A program made the translations under genes and the position numbers. 23,010 nucleotides of DNA from Armatimonadota bacterium (GTDB lineage Bacteria > Armatimonadota > Armatimonadia > Armatimonadales > Armatimonadaceae). The notes below the pieces were generated by a model. It saw only the letters and a list, made by a program, of their open reading frames with translations. It ran no database searches and was not told the origin of the DNA. Every line of letters begins with the position of its first letter. Position 1 is the first letter of the stretch. Below are positions 1 through 8,693 of the stretch, piece after piece. The stretch lies in contig JAYUUO010000279.1 in assembly GCA_043754515.1 (NCBI GenBank), positions 1 through 23,010 of the forward strand, written 5' to 3'.

Positions 1-7
1 AAACAAG

Positions 8-79
8 CTCCCCGTGGTGGATTCGAACCACCGACACCTCAGTTAACAGCCGAGTGCTCTGCCGCTGAGCTAACAGGGA
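8..79 (-). tRNA. tRNA-Asn (anticodon GTT), CCA not encoded
   Basis: The reverse complement TCCCTGTTAGCTCAGCGGCAGAGCACTCGGCTGTTAACTGAGGTGTCGGTGGTTCGAATCCACCACGGGGAG folds as a cloverleaf: acceptor stem TCCCTGT/ACGGGGA, anticodon loop CTGTTAA, T-loop TTCGAAT, discriminator G. Confidence 0.97.
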
Positions 80-209
80 ACGGCTTTTGTGTCGCTAACG
101 GGCATGGCCGGCAAGGCCTGTTCCGCCTGTTCGTCAGAAGCCGCTTCTGACTGTGCCCACACCGTTTCGCGACCCGACTTAACCGCCGCTGGCGATTTGT
201 CTGAAAGGG

Positions 210-238
210 AATATACCACGCGCCGCACGCGCCGTCAA
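210..238 (-). promoter_or_regulatory. sigma70-type promoter upstream of tRNA-Asn
   Basis: TTGACG (238-233), 17-nt spacer, extended -10 TGgTATATT (218-210). Confidence 0.75.
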
Positions 239-340
239 CCCGGCGTAATAAGTTTCGCCTGTGTCCGCGCAATAAAAACTGCGACGAAGCATGATCCGCG
301 CCGAGTGCGTAGGCGGAGAGGGAGGCTTTATAGGGGCTTG

Positions 341-763
341 TCAGGTCAAGAAACGCGCCTTCAACTCTGGCGTCGGGATCATGCACTGGTCTCGCTTCCC
401 AAACCACCGGTACCGGTTCCGCGCGATGAAGCGGTACACGGCGTCGCGCAACCCGCGTGGGATGATTCGCGCCGCGTAGAGGAGTGAGAGTGGGGCGGGC
501 AGGTACCGGGCGATCTCTAGCGCGGCATCCGAATGCGTCAGCACCCGCGCCCCCGTGTACACAAGGATAGTGTCCGTAACCGACCCGGTCGCCGGTAGCC
601 CGGCCTGCCGGAGGAGCGACTGCCCCGCGTCGCTCTGCTGGGCGGCGAACCGGAAGCGCGTCCCATCCTTATCATGCCGAACGAGGAACTGCACCAGGCC
701 GTTGCAGAGGTTACATTCCCCGTCGAAAAGAACAGTAAGTGGCTCGCGGATCGAGATAGTCAT
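341..763 (-). CDS. DCC-family (YuxK/DUF393-like) thiol-disulfide oxidoreductase
   Basis: VLFDGECNLCNG (DxxCxxC motif), FAAQQS, and C-terminal RDAVYRFIARNRYRWFGK...C..P. Confidence 0.92.
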   Translation of the reverse strand: MTISIREPLTVLFDGECNLCNGLVQFLVRHDKDGTRFRFAAQQSDAGQSLLRQAGLPATGSVTDTILVYTGARVLTHSDAALEIARYLPAPLSLLYAARIIPRGLRDAVYRFIARNRYRWFGKRDQCMIPTPELKARFLT

Positions 764-764
764 G

Positions 765-807
765 AAAAATACCTTGCTATAGACTACCGGTAGTCTACAG
801 CAAGGTA
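765..807 (-). terminator. 38-bp near-perfect palindrome followed by T5; intrinsic terminator and/or operator
   Basis: Minus strand reads TACCTTGCTGTAGACTACC/GGTAGTCTATAGCAAGGTA (one G-U pair), then TTTTT. Confidence 0.6.
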
Positions 808-864
808 CTGCGATCCGCTATGCCAGCGGATCGGGGCCGCCGGTCGGCGGCCACGAAACACCGC

Positions 865-1395
865 TTAGCGCAGGTAAACGGACAGGCCGAGGTTCAGCCC
901 GAATTCGCTCTTGGAACCGCTGCGGTCTGACTGGTTGTAGTTCAAGATGCCATTCGCCGATACGTTCGGGTTCAGGAAATACTTCACGCCGCCGCGCAAT
1001 CCATAAATAAAGGCGTCGTTCCCGCCGCCGCTCAGGTGCTGGTAGCCGAGTTCGATGCCCGCGAACGGCAGGAGTGCCGACGCGCTGGGGAAGTGGTAGT
1101 CGGCGACTCCTACCACGTTATAGGCGGTCGAGCCTCCCTTGGAGTGCGCATACCCGACCTGGGCACCAACTTCGAGGGGCGCGCTCAGAAACACGCCGTA
1201 GCCAAGGTTGAGGTTTTCGGACTGCGAATCGCTCGGCGAGAAGATAAAGTTACCGGCTAGTTGAATCTCCCGCGTGCCCTTCGTGGGTAGGAGCGGGTTG
1301 ACCGGCGTTTGCGCGCTGGCGGATTTGCCCGAGAGCAGGACGCCAGCTACGAGAGCGGCGACGGCTACGGACGAGAGGAGCATGTTATTCTTCAT
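865..1395 (-). CDS. Outer-membrane beta-barrel protein (OmpA/OmpW-like 8-strand type)
   Basis: Signal peptide ending ASA-Q; alternating amphipathic strands (LNLGYGVF, LPFAGIELGY, GGVKYFL); C-terminal GLSVYLR. Confidence 0.82.
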   Translation of the reverse strand: MKNNMLLSSVAVAALVAGVLLSGKSASAQTPVNPLLPTKGTREIQLAGNFIFSPSDSQSENLNLGYGVFLSAPLEVGAQVGYAHSKGGSTAYNVVGVADYHFPSASALLPFAGIELGYQHLSGGGNDAFIYGLRGGVKYFLNPNVSANGILNYNQSDRSGSKSEFGLNLGLSVYLR

Positions 1396-1546
1396 TGCGT
1401 ATGTTTTTCCTGTAGTTTATTTTCTGTGCCTAATCGGTTGGCACCTTCCGCCCGATACGTACCACACCCGTTCCCGCCGCTAAACATTGCTGGCGAGACG
1501 GCACGCGTGGCGCGTAGCGGGAAGTCTTTGCGTCCGCTTCCCCGGA

Positions 1547-2266
1547 CTAAAAATGGTATCCGATCCCGAGACGCGTTCCCGACGGATCCGCCTTGACGCG
1601 AAACCCATTCGCGTTCCGGGTCGTCAGAGGGTCGAGCGACAGGAGGTCTATTTGCAAACTGAACTGCTTCGCGAGGGTATACCCCCCGAACAGCCTGATC
1701 CCGGTGCCGAACTGCGTTTTGCGATAGCGGGCGGGGCCAACCGGATCCACCGTGTACTCCGTGCTGTACAGGCCAAGCCCGAGCCCCGCGTAAAAGTGCC
1801 GCTTCTCCAGCGACTTCGTGAAGTCGCGACGCGCCTGTAACCCGAGGCCGACCGTGGAGAAGTCGTACTCCGCGCTGTTCCCGCGGCTGTATCGCCCCCC
1901 GCTATTGAGATCGGCATAGAATCCCACCCGCGTCGGCCCGCCGAGTGACGTGTTCGCGGCGGTGTCATAATTCACTGTTAGTGACGGGAATGCCCCAACC
2001 CCGTTTCCGATACTTTTGCCGTCGGGCGAATAGCTGCTCAACGTCACGCTGTACGGTTGCTTCGGGCGCGTCCCGGTGAAAAGCGCGGCAAGCCCCTGCT
2101 TCGCGCGGGCGGGTCGCGCGGACGCCCCGATCACTTGCGGCACCATCTCGCTCTGCGCCCAGACGGTAGCGGGAACGGTTACCGCCGTGCCGAGGGCGGC
2201 CGCCACCGTCGCCCGCACAGCAAATCTCATCAAAAAATCGGTTCTGTTCACGCTAAAGTCCCTCAC
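1547..2266 (-). CDS. Outer-membrane beta-barrel / porin-family protein
   Basis: Signal peptide ending VWA-Q; FYAGLGLGLY and GIRLFGGY strands; C-terminal beta-signal LGIGYHF. The start could be a downstream Met. Confidence 0.8.
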   Translation of the reverse strand: MRDFSVNRTDFLMRFAVRATVAAALGTAVTVPATVWAQSEMVPQVIGASARPARAKQGLAALFTGTRPKQPYSVTLSSYSPDGKSIGNGVGAFPSLTVNYDTAANTSLGGPTRVGFYADLNSGGRYSRGNSAEYDFSTVGLGLQARRDFTKSLEKRHFYAGLGLGLYSTEYTVDPVGPARYRKTQFGTGIRLFGGYTLAKQFSLQIDLLSLDPLTTRNANGFRVKADPSGTRLGIGYHF

Positions 2267-2378
2267 GGTTTCGTTTTGTCTCCGGCACCTCGCGAAGCGC
2301 GGCGGGATAGTATACCCGTATAATCATAAGCCCGCGTGCAGACTTTTTCTCCGCGTTCCCGAAACCATTTCCTGTTAA

Positions 2379-2419
2379 GAAAAAACAAAACGGAACAAGT
2401 TTCGTAACTTGTTCCGTTT
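2379..2419 (-). terminator. Intrinsic terminator after the ExbD-like gene
   Basis: 14-bp perfect stem AAACGGAACAAGTT/AACTTGTTCCGTTT with a 4-nt loop, followed by TGTTTTTT on the minus strand. Confidence 0.8.
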
Positions 2420-2445
2420 CCCGGGGTTCCCGCGATATATATCCG

Positions 2446-3042
2446 CTATCTGGCGGCGACGGCGGGGGATGGTACCGTGGGCGCGGAGGTACTCGCCACC
2501 TGCCGCGCGACTTCGCCGACACGCGGGTCGGCGAACCCGAAGCGCACGAACCCGCTCATCCGCGCGCTGTTTAACGCAAGCCGTATGTCATCGTCCTTCG
2601 CGCCGGGGTCCGCCTGCACCATCACATCAACCGTGGCCACATCCGCACCCGCGCCGAACTGTGACACCGCCGTTCGCTTCAACCCCTCGCCGACGGCGTC
2701 CGGCGCGAACCACTGATCCGCCTTCGGGAACTCTTTGATGTCAAACGTACCGTCGGCGCGTGCAATCATTGTGAGATGCGTCGCCGACTGGTTCTGTCCG
2801 GCGAACGACGCGAACAAGGGGGCCCTACCCCCGAACAGCATCATGCCGCAGAACCCGAGCAGGATGATAGGAACTATCACCATGAGGCGGTTTCCGGTTT
2901 TGGTTGGGGCGACGGTGCCGCAGTTTGTGTTAATCCCGTCAAAGTTTAAAGCGATACTCACTGGTGTCTCTCCGTCGTCCGTCTTCGTTGTTCTTTTTAC
3001 ACTAATCATGATACTGTCGGTACTTGGCAAGAATCGTGCCAC
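2446..3042 (-). CDS. Single-pass membrane protein with ExbD/TolR-like periplasmic domain
   Basis: One hydrophobic helix (LMVIVPIILLGFCGMMLF). C-terminal DVMVQADPGAKDDDIRLALNSARMSGFVRFGF resembles the ExbD pattern VxIxAD...V..vm..a..aG...v.l. The start may be ATG 3009. Confidence 0.6.
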   Translation of the reverse strand: MARFLPSTDSIMISVKRTTKTDDGETPVSIALNFDGINTNCGTVAPTKTGNRLMVIVPIILLGFCGMMLFGGRAPLFASFAGQNQSATHLTMIARADGTFDIKEFPKADQWFAPDAVGEGLKRTAVSQFGAGADVATVDVMVQADPGAKDDDIRLALNSARMSGFVRFGFADPRVGEVARQVASTSAPTVPSPAVAAR

Positions 3043-3292
3043 GCGTCACAATCATGCGTGACCTGCTTAACATCCCCTCCCGGCGATTGCGAGTAGTTCC
3101 TCGAACCACCCCGTACCATCCGAAACCTGACACCCCCCTTTTACCAGGAAAAAGAGCCGTTTACACCGGTCGATCAGTACATTTTTGAGAGTTCGCGCAC
3201 CGCTCGGACGTCCGGTGCTTCAGGGAGACGGCAATAAGTCCATCACCCGCCGCCCCGCCGAAACAATAATGCCGGGGCGTGGCGTATGCTTC

Positions 3293-3688
3293 TTACCCAC
3301 GACCCCGCGCGTGTCGGACCCGCTCAAACACCGCCCCGGCCAACACGCCTACCGTATAAGACGCGAGATCACCCCACGCGAAAGTGAAGCCGAGTACGAG
3401 TCCGCCGAGCGTAGTGCGCCGGGTAGCATCAATCCATGGGGCGTGATAGAGCTGGCTGACCTCAATGACGTAGCAGAAAAGCAGGGCGGCGGCGGCGACG
3501 CGCGGGGTATGCTCCTTCGGGAAGAGGAAGCCAACGATCCAGAAGACCATCGTCGCCCAGAGCGCGTCTGGCACGGTGTCGGCGACGAACGGCGGGAAGT
3601 GGGAGGCGAAACGGCGTGCCGACAGACCGACTATTATCGTAGCGGCGATTAAGAACGCGTAGAGGAGGCGCGGGCGTAGTGGAGTCAT
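3293..3688 (-). CDS. DUF2809-family membrane protein
   Basis: DALWATMVF, IEVSQLYHAPWIDATRRTTLGGLVLGFTFAWGDLASY motifs. Confidence 0.88.
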   Translation of the reverse strand: MTPLRPRLLYAFLIAATIIVGLSARRFASHFPPFVADTVPDALWATMVFWIVGFLFPKEHTPRVAAAALLFCYVIEVSQLYHAPWIDATRRTTLGGLVLGFTFAWGDLASYTVGVLAGAVFERVRHARGRG

Positions 3689-3700
3689 TGATGTTCCGTT

Positions 3701-4297
3701 TCAGGAAGCCATGTGTGCGAGAATGCCAAGGATCTGCGTGAGTTCGGTGATCGTATACTCGCGCAGGTTGATCGTCGCCGACTGACCCTCCAGGCGCAAG
3801 AACTGCCAGCGCATGCCGTCCGTGACGCTCCCGTAGACGGGCAATACAGGCTCACCCCGGCGTTCGTTGAAACGTTGCGCCGCGACTATTTCCGCGACAC
3901 ATTACGGGATGCCCGCGTTCAAATCTTCTTTTTTCACTTCGGTAATGAGAACGACGGGTGTCTGAATCTCGTGTAGGAGCGGATCACGGCTGATCAAAAA
4001 GTCGCAGTACCCAAATAGACCGGCTTTCTTATCCACATCGAACTTGACACCGGAGAACACGGCGATCTCATGGCGTCGAATCTCCCGGACTTCTACCAGT
4101 ATCGGCGCGACTAAAAACTCGGCGCGGGCTTTCTCGCTGGTTTGCCCGACGAGTAGCGGGCGTTGCCGCTCTAACACCCGCGTCAAGAGATCGGTCGGCT
4201 CGATAGGAGTGATGCCCGCGTAGGCGTTGTCAGATTGCGCCACCGTGAGCGCGAACCTCTGGGTCAGCTGTTCCAGCGTGAACGATTCGTAAGCCAT
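3701..4297 (-). pseudogene. Nonsense-disrupted paralog of the adjacent PD-(D/E)XK-like protein
   Basis: In-frame TAA at 3904-3902 sits where the paralog has Gln (NAGIP*CVAEIVAAQRFN vs NAGLPQCVAEMVAAQKFN). The frame continues to TGA at 3703-3701, giving the same 597-nt length as the paralog. Confidence 0.88.
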
Positions 4298-4316
4298 GCG
4301 CCGATTATATCCGCCC
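4293..4316 (-). repeat. 24-bp direct repeat (copy 1) containing -10 TATAAT and ATG; leaderless promoter
   Basis: gccatgcgccgattatatccgccc is identical at 4293-4316 and 4956-4979. The minus strand reads TATAAT-cggcgc-ATG. Confidence 0.85.
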
Positions 4317-4363
4317 CGCTGGCGGCGGGCTGGGTCGTGGCGGACTCCGCGAGACCAGCGGCG

Positions 4364-4960
4364 TCAAGAGACCATAGCCACCAGAACGCCGAGGATACGC
4401 GCAAGTTCGGCGAGCGGGTATTCGCGCAAATCAATCGAAACCGTCGCGCCTTCGAGCTGAAGAAACCGCCAGCGCGTGCCGTCGGTCACGGCCCCGTAGA
4501 CGACGCGGACATCGCTGTCGCGATCCCGGTTGAACTTCTGTGCGGCGACCATTTCGGCGACGCACTGGGGTAGTCCGGCGTTCAAGTCTTCCTTTTTCGC
4601 CTCCGCCACGGCGACAACCGGAGCGCGTATGTCATCCACCATCGGGTCGCGCGTGATGAGGAAGTCGCAGTAGCCGAACAGCCCAGACTTCCTGTCCACG
4701 TCGAACTTTACGCCGGAGAAGATAGCGACCTGCCGCCCACGGATCTCGCGCACCTCCAGCAGAACCGGCATGACCAATACTTCCGAACGCGCCTTCTCGC
4801 TGGTTTTGCCGACCACGAGCGGTAGCCCACGGGCGACGGCGGTGCGCAGGAAATCGCTCGGCTCGATCGGAGCGAGACTGCCGAACGCGTCCTCCGTCTG
4901 CCGGTACGTCAGAGTGAACCGTTGCTCCAGGAGCGCGAGGGTGAACGATTCGTAGGCCAT
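4364..4960 (-). CDS. Hypothetical protein, restriction-endonuclease-like (PD-(D/E)XK, HsdR-N-like) fold
   Basis: SEKARSE, GYCDFLI, VAEAKK, QCVAEMVAAQ and VYGAVTDGTRWRFL motifs. Confidence 0.8.
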   Translation of the reverse strand: MAYESFTLALLEQRFTLTYRQTEDAFGSLAPIEPSDFLRTAVARGLPLVVGKTSEKARSEVLVMPVLLEVREIRGRQVAIFSGVKFDVDRKSGLFGYCDFLITRDPMVDDIRAPVVAVAEAKKEDLNAGLPQCVAEMVAAQKFNRDRDSDVRVVYGAVTDGTRWRFLQLEGATVSIDLREYPLAELARILGVLVAMVS

Positions 4961-4979
4961 GCGCCGATTATATCCGCCC
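4956..4979 (-). repeat. 24-bp direct repeat (copy 2) containing -10 TATAAT and ATG; leaderless promoter
   Basis: Identical to 4293-4316. Confidence 0.85.
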
Positions 4980-5017
4980 GGATGGCCGCGCGGGGGGGGG
5001 CGATGCGCTCCCGCGGA

Positions 5018-5478
5018 TCAGACCCGCGTTTCCGGGTCCGGGGGCATGGGTTGAGGAACGGTATCTATGGTCAGGAAGTGCTTCAGGTAGGCAATCACAG
5101 AATTGTCAGCGTGGTGTGCTTCCTGGTTGATCACATAATTCGCTACGCGGGGGACGCTACGCGGGTCAACGCTGAACGCGCCGTATCCGCCCTGCCAGCG
5201 GAAGAAAGCTTCTGGCTTGATCTGCGAAGTGATCAAATGCGAGGAGGAGCCTTTCGCGTCACGCACGAGTGCCGCGATGTCCAGACGGAACGACTGCATG
5301 ACAACACATGAATGTGGTCGGCAATACCCCCGATGGCTATAACGCGGCAGTCATGCTCGGCACGCTTAGCCAGAATAACGGAGTAGGTATACGGCTCAAC
5401 ATCCGGAGTGATACAGGGCTGCCTATCCCAGGTCCTCCACACTAGATGTATGTAAATCTCGATCAACGAACCGCACAT
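5018..5478 (-). pseudogene. tnpA: IS200/IS605-type (Y1 HUH) transposase TnpA, frameshifted
   Basis: The N-terminal half (YIHLVWRTWDR...GGIADHIHVL, HUH motif) and the C-terminal half (LVRDAKGSSS...FRWQGGYGAFSV...NYVINQEAHH, catalytic Tyr) are in different frames. The shift lies at about 5275-5305. Confidence 0.88.
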
Positions 5479-5595
5479 ACACGAGGAATACCACGGATTG
5501 GTTGTGACCATGGGTGGTGAACGCGAAAAGGTTGATGGACAGTTGAGCGTGGGGGGCTTCGACGTTGCGTCACACGACGGACGGTTAAGTCGGGC

Positions 5596-5626
5596 CGGGC
5601 GGGTCGCCGGGCCGGCGACCCGCCCG
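5596..5626. repeat. Perfect GC-rich palindrome (15-bp arms), candidate IS200 end or REP-like hairpin
   Basis: cgggcgggtcgccgg-g-ccggcgacccgcccg, about 120 bp upstream of the tnpA start. Confidence 0.6.
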
Positions 5627-5636
5627 ATCCCGGCCC

Positions 5637-5762
5637 CGCCGCCACATGCCGATCACGTGGGTCGGGCGACTCGAACGCCCCTACGACCGCGAGGTGCATG
5701 AACCGGTCACGTAGCGGCACGGGGTAGAGTAGGCCGGCGTCAAGAACCGCGAATGAAATAAC
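5637..5762 (-). pseudogene. PIN-domain toxin remnant (VapC50-like) with internal deletion
   Basis: FAVLDAGLLYPVPLRDRFMHLAVVGAF resembles the family N-terminus (LDANVLYPAPLRDLLMHLA). It is joined directly to PDPRDRHVAA, resembling LPDPDDRHVLAAA, which normally lies much further downstream. Confidence 0.7.
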
Positions 5763-6003
5763 TGCAATGATTGTGATGCCTTTCAACTTCGCGTCGTCCC
5801 TCCCTGACGGCGTGGGCACTTGATGTGGGATCCCTCGTTTCCACGTTACTGGGAAAGAAATGACGCGAGGCGGTGCTATAACGGATAAGGTGCTGGCGTG
5901 TCTTCTCGCTATCATCCCCCCCTTCTCAGCCTAAAACAACGGGATACGAAAGGGCGGTTCCGGCGTTGATGCGGTTACAAACCGTTCGCGAGAAAGCCGC
6001 CCG

Positions 6004-8304
6004 ATGCCCGACACTGCCCACCCGTTCACCAACCGACTCGCCCGCGAAAAGTCGCCGTACCTGCTCCAGCACGCCCACAACCCCGTAAACTGGTACCCGT
6101 GGGGCGCGGAGGCACTCGAACGCGCACGAAACGAGGACAAGCCGATTTTCCTGTCTATCGGCTACTCGGCGTGCCACTGGTGTCACGTCATGGAGCGCGA
6201 ATCGTTCGAGAACCCCGACGTCGCCGCCCTTGTCAACCGCTACTTCGTTCCTATCAAGGTGGACCGCGAGGAGCGGCCCGACGTGGACGAGATCTACATG
6301 ACCGCCGTTCAACGCATGACCGGCTCGGGCGGCTGGCCGCTGTCCCTGTTCCTGCTCCCGGACGGACGGCCGTTTTATGGCGGCACCTACTTCCCGCCGG
6401 AGGGGCGGCACGGGCGCATCGCGTTCCCGTCGCTTGTGACGCAACTCGGCGACGCATTCCACACCCGGCGCGACGAACTGGAGGAGGTCGCGGCCAGCAT
6501 CGTGGCCGACCTGCTCCCGGCGACGCGGCAGGCACCGCTTCCGCACGCGGGCCAGATTCATCCGTCCGAGCTGATCGCGGGCGCGGTCGCGGAACTTTCC
6601 GAGCGGTTCGACGCGGAACACGGCGGGTTCGGTTCCGCGCCAAAGTTCCCGCCCCACCATGCGCTACGGTTGCTCCTCGCCGCCGTCCGCGACGGCGACG
6701 AGGACGGGGCACTGCCGCTTCTCACCATGACGCTCGACAAGATGGCACTCGGCGGCATTTACGATCACGTCGGCGGCGGGTTCCACCGCTACGCGACCGA
6801 CGGGGTGTGGCTCCTGCCGCACTTCGAGAAGATGCTGTATGACAATGCCCTGCTTCTGCGAGTCTACTCCGAAGCGGCCGACTTGCTGGACAGTCCCGCC
6901 TGCGCCCGCGTCGCCCGCGAGACGGCGGATTGGTGTCTGCGTGACCTGCTCCACGAGGGCACGGGCGGGTTCGAGGCCGCGTTGGATGCCGACAGCGAGG
7001 GGATCGAGGGCAAATACTACGTCTGGACCGAGGCGGAAGTGCGCTCGGTTGTCGGGGATGCGGACGGCGCGGCGTTCGCGCGGGCCTACCAGTTCCACGC
7101 GCAGGGCAACTTCCGCGAGGAGGCGACGGGGCACCGAACCGGCGAGAATATCCCGCACCTGTCTATCAGTTCGGAGCCGTTCCCGCTCCCCGCCGCGCTC
7201 CCATCAGACATAGCGAGGTCGCGTGATCTGCTCCTCGCGCGGCGGTACGAACGAGTCCCGCCGGGCAAAGACGACAAGATCATCACGGCATGGAACGGGC
7301 TGATCATCGGTGCGCTGGCGTTCGCGGGGAAGGCACTCGGCGAGCCGCGCTATCTCGACGCCGCCAGGCGAGCCTCCGAATGCACGCTCACCACGCTCAA
7401 GCCGGGGGGCGAGCTACTCCGCCGCTACGCGAAAGGCGAGGCGGCTATCCCGGCGTATCTGGATGACTACGCCTTTCTCGCGGACGGCCTGCTCGACCTC
7501 GCGGACGCGACGGGTGAGGCGCGTTGGGTGTCGGAGGCCACGACCCTCACACAAACGCTGATCGAGCGGTTCTGGGACGAGACGGACGGCGGCTTCTACT
7601 ACTCCGGCACCGGGCACGAATCGCTGATCGCCACGTCGAAGGATTTCTTTGACGGCGCAACCCCGTCGCCGAACGGCGTGGCGGCGCGGGTGCTGGCGCG
7701 GCTCGGGAACTACGAAGGCGGGGAGCGGTACGCCGGTCTCGCCCGCGTGATGCTGACCAACTATCATGGCTTGATGGCGCGTGCCCCGCAGGCGACCGCA
7801 AGCCTGATACTCGCGGCGCGGGAGGCGGGGGGCGCGGCTCCTCACCCGCCCGTTCGCGATGCGATTTCGCTTCGGGCGGTGGATCCTTCGCTGACCCTGA
7901 CACAGGGCGGAGCGGCTACCGCCCGGTTCCGCTTCACGGTGGCGGACGGCTACCACGTCAACGCCCGCTTCGTGCCCCGCGCCGACCTGATCCCGACCGT
8001 CGCGATGATCGGGACGTCCGCGCCCGCCGCCATCGGGCCGGTCACATTCCCCGCTGAAACAGAGTACGACGACGGGGCCGGGGAGAAACTTCCGGTATAT
8101 GTCGGCGAGACGATGTTCGCGCTCCCGATCGCGGCGGCGGCGAACGCGGTGTCCGGCACCTATTCCGTGACGCTCACGATCCGGGCGCAACCCTGCACCG
8201 ACACCGAATGTCTCGCGCCGGTCGAGCGGAGCGCGGTAGTGACCTTAAACATAGTCGGTGGCGGGCAGGAGGTTCCCGAAGAATCGGCGAATGTAGCGGC
8301 ATAA
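6004..8304 (+). CDS. YyaL/SSP411 (DUF255) thioredoxin plus alpha/alpha-barrel protein with C-terminal DsbD-N-like domain
   Basis: [62 protein letters not shown]. The C-terminus has GYHVNA...LPVYVGE...[11 protein letters not shown]. Confidence 0.93.
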   Translation: MPDTAHPFTNRLAREKSPYLLQHAHNPVNWYPWGAEALERARNEDKPIFLSIGYSACHWCHVMERESFENPDVAALVNRYFVPIKVDREERPDVDEIYMTAVQRMTGSGGWPLSLFLLPDGRPFYGGTYFPPEGRHGRIAFPSLVTQLGDAFHTRRDELEEVAASIVADLLPATRQAPLPHAGQIHPSELIAGAVAELSERFDAEHGGFGSAPKFPPHHALRLLLAAVRDGDEDGALPLLTMTLDKMALGGIYDHVGGGFHRYATDGVWLLPHFEKMLYDNALLLRVYSEAADLLDSPACARVARETADWCLRDLLHEGTGGFEAALDADSEGIEGKYYVWTEAEVRSVVGDADGAAFARAYQFHAQGNFREEATGHRTGENIPHLSISSEPFPLPAALPSDIARSRDLLLARRYERVPPGKDDKIITAWNGLIIGALAFAGKALGEPRYLDAARRASECTLTTLKPGGELLRRYAKGEAAIPAYLDDYAFLADGLLDLADATGEARWVSEATTLTQTLIERFWDETDGGFYYSGTGHESLIATSKDFFDGATPSPNGVAARVLARLGNYEGGERYAGLARVMLTNYHGLMARAPQATASLILAAREAGGAAPHPPVRDAISLRAVDPSLTLTQGGAATARFRFTVADGYHVNARFVPRADLIPTVAMIGTSAPAAIGPVTFPAETEYDDGAGEKLPVYVGETMFALPIAAAANAVSGTYSVTLTIRAQPCTDTECLAPVERSAVVTLNIVGGGQEVPEESANVAA

Positions 8305-8441
8305 TAACGCTACTCAATACCTACCCGACCGAACCGGACGACGAAGAAATCGTCAAAGGGCGCGGTGCCGGTGGCGTGATGCCGTTGGCCGGGTGCGCGA
8401 TGGGCTACTACGTTCACAACGGCGTGGCGAAAGGCTCAACC

Positions 8442-8654
8442 ATGAGTGACTTCGCCGTGTTACTCCTGCCCCTCGCTGTTTTCGGCTGCATCGCCTTCCT
8501 GATCGAGCCGCGCCTTTACATCGCCGGGTTGCGCAACGGCACCCCGCAACCGACCGTCTACAAAATAGCGAGGTACATCCTACTCGGAGCAACCTTCGCC
8601 ATTGGCCTGTATTTGCGCTACCACTTTTTCCGCGAAGTCCATAGCCGCCCGTAA
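8442..8654 (+). CDS. Small two-TM membrane protein (70 aa), hypothetical
   Basis: ATG 8442 is preceded by AAAGG; two hydrophobic segments (FAVLLLPLAVFGCIAFLI, YILLGATFAIGLYL). Confidence 0.6.
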   Translation: MSDFAVLLLPLAVFGCIAFLIEPRLYIAGLRNGTPQPTVYKIARYILLGATFAIGLYLRYHFFREVHSRP

Positions 8655-8693
8655 ACAACCGGAGGGGAGCAAATCCATACGCTTCCCGACCCG

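Noticed and set aside
173..5594. 13-mer cccgacttaaccg shared between the tRNA leader (173-185) and the tnpA upstream region (5582-5594, opposite strand)
   Set aside because: Several 13-mer matches are expected by chance in 23 kb of GC-rich DNA, and the flanks do not align.
5540..5820. tmRNA-like words (GGGGGCTTCGAC, AGGTGCATG, AAATAACTGCA) and a T-arm-like or GTAG-REP-like stem GTAGGGGCGTTCGAGTCGCCC
   Set aside because: There is no tmRNA acceptor stem, CCA end or Ala-Ala-ending tag. The region is better explained as the minus-strand PIN remnant, and the REP-like stem occurs only once in the window.
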